A stretch of DNA of 61,120 nucleotides, counting the filler, from Hausera hauseri (taxonomy: Eukaryota), in NCBI GenBank assembly GCA_046269625.1. It is 11 parts of 11 records of this genome, joined end to end, with 100 filler letters (N's around TTAATTAATTAA, not from the genome) between each part and the next. Parts side by side here need not be neighbours in the genome. Positions count along the whole stretch, not along the records: positions 56,611 to 61,120 come from JBJURY010547897.1; 10 more parts are not named here. One strand, given 5' to 3'. The number at the start of each line of letters is the position of its first letter. Within the stretch, counting starts at the first letter, position 1. The notes beneath the pieces are model-generated. The model was not told where the DNA came from. It was given only the letters and a program-made list of their open reading frames with translations, and did not search any database. A program made the position numbers and the translations under genes. Shown here piece after piece: positions 60,301-61,120 of this stretch.

Positions 60301-61120
60301 AGGATCCAATATTCAAGGCGTACATAGAAGGAAATTAGGAGGAACGAGCCGCAGATTGTACAATGTTCGAAAAGGACTACTACACGCTGAAAAAAAATTC
60401 CCTGTACGGAGATACAGTGGAGAATCTGAAAAGGCGGCTCCATGTACTCCTATGCAATAGCAAAAAGTGGTTGATCACGTACATTAGTAAAGGGCAGTTT
60501 CGGCGGTCAATGCACATTGCAGATGGATTTGTTTCCATGCTTTTAAACAGAAAAGAAGTCGTTCTGGACCGGCCAAGTTACATCGGATAAGTGGTATTGG
60601 ACCTGAACAAGTTGCGGATGTATAAGCTGCAGTATCGCGATTTGGCACGTTGCCGGAAAATGTTGGGCGGCGGACGCAGGATCAATATAATTGCCGGTGA
60701 CACAGATAGTTTTTTCTTGGAACTTGAATACGTCAATCACGAACAACTACTGCAGCAAATGATAGCAAACGGATTACTGGACACGTCCAATTACTCACAG
60801 AATCACCGTTGTACAGCAGCGCCATCACAAACAAAATCGGCTGCTTCAGGGATGAAAGTGAAGATCTGATTTAGTATCGGGAATGGGTATTTCTACGTCC
60901 AAAATGTTATAGCCTTTTAACTGACTGTGGACCGAAAATGTGCGCCAAAGGAGTTTAGTTGGCTCAGACGGAAATAAATCGCGGTGATTGTCGCCGTGTC
61001 TATGAAGAAGGAGGATAATCAAAGATTGTTGTGTCTCAAACGATCACCCAATCTATTGAGCACCAGCTGTATACGATGATCAATACAAAAGTCGCTTTAT
61101 CATGCAATGATGATAAGTGT
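57332..61120 (+). pseudogene. Polinton-type pPolB, family A copy 5 (putative leader exon 57332-57346, intron 57347-57442), runs off window
   Basis: Same domain order as copies 2-4: VVYADIEAIL, LYIDINNLYGWA, YTLKKNSLYGDT and IIAGDTDSFF. Internal deletion near 59783. Confidence 0.92.

Noticed and set aside
52502-61120. Copies 4 and 5 as a giant inverted repeat
   Set aside because: The linker at 56511-56610 separates them, so their orientation is arbitrary, and the copies are clearly diverged.

Overview
This window is not one continuous locus. It is 11 short eukaryotic contigs joined by 100-nt artificial linkers (N44-TTAATTAATTAA-N44), so adjacency is meaningful only within a contig. Most sequence is AT-rich and invertebrate-like. 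Two segments look like teleost fish DNA: a BEL/ERV contig at 16164-21193, and a phtf2 exon plus Rex1 tail at ~50.6-51.7 kb. I infer a fish-parasite assembly with host carry-over. Cellular genes are a divergent RNA polymerase III second-largest subunit, a fatty acyl-CoA reductase, CSE1L and MAP4K pseudogenes, and a possible small spliced gene. LTR-retrotransposon relics (Gypsy, CsRn1-like, BEL/Pao, ERV) and DNA-transposon ends are also present. The dominant signal is seven decayed protein-primed family-B DNA polymerase (pPolB) genes of Polinton/Maverick/adintovirus type: five of family A and two of family B. Overlapping the family-A copies reconstructs a virus-like element with a minor capsid protein and packaging ATPase plus unusual cargo. 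That cargo is a two-repeat TBP-like gene, an IAP/MDM2-type RING gene, a conserved putative OB-fold/SSB gene, a tail-anchored membrane protein and an orphan ORF. The family-A pPolB appears spliced to a 5-codon leader, starts with two tandem Cys/His modules, and has AGDTD instead of YxDTD at motif C. No major capsid protein, retroviral-type integrase or adenain protease of this element was recognised in the window. All protein assignments come from manual motif recognition; no searches were run.
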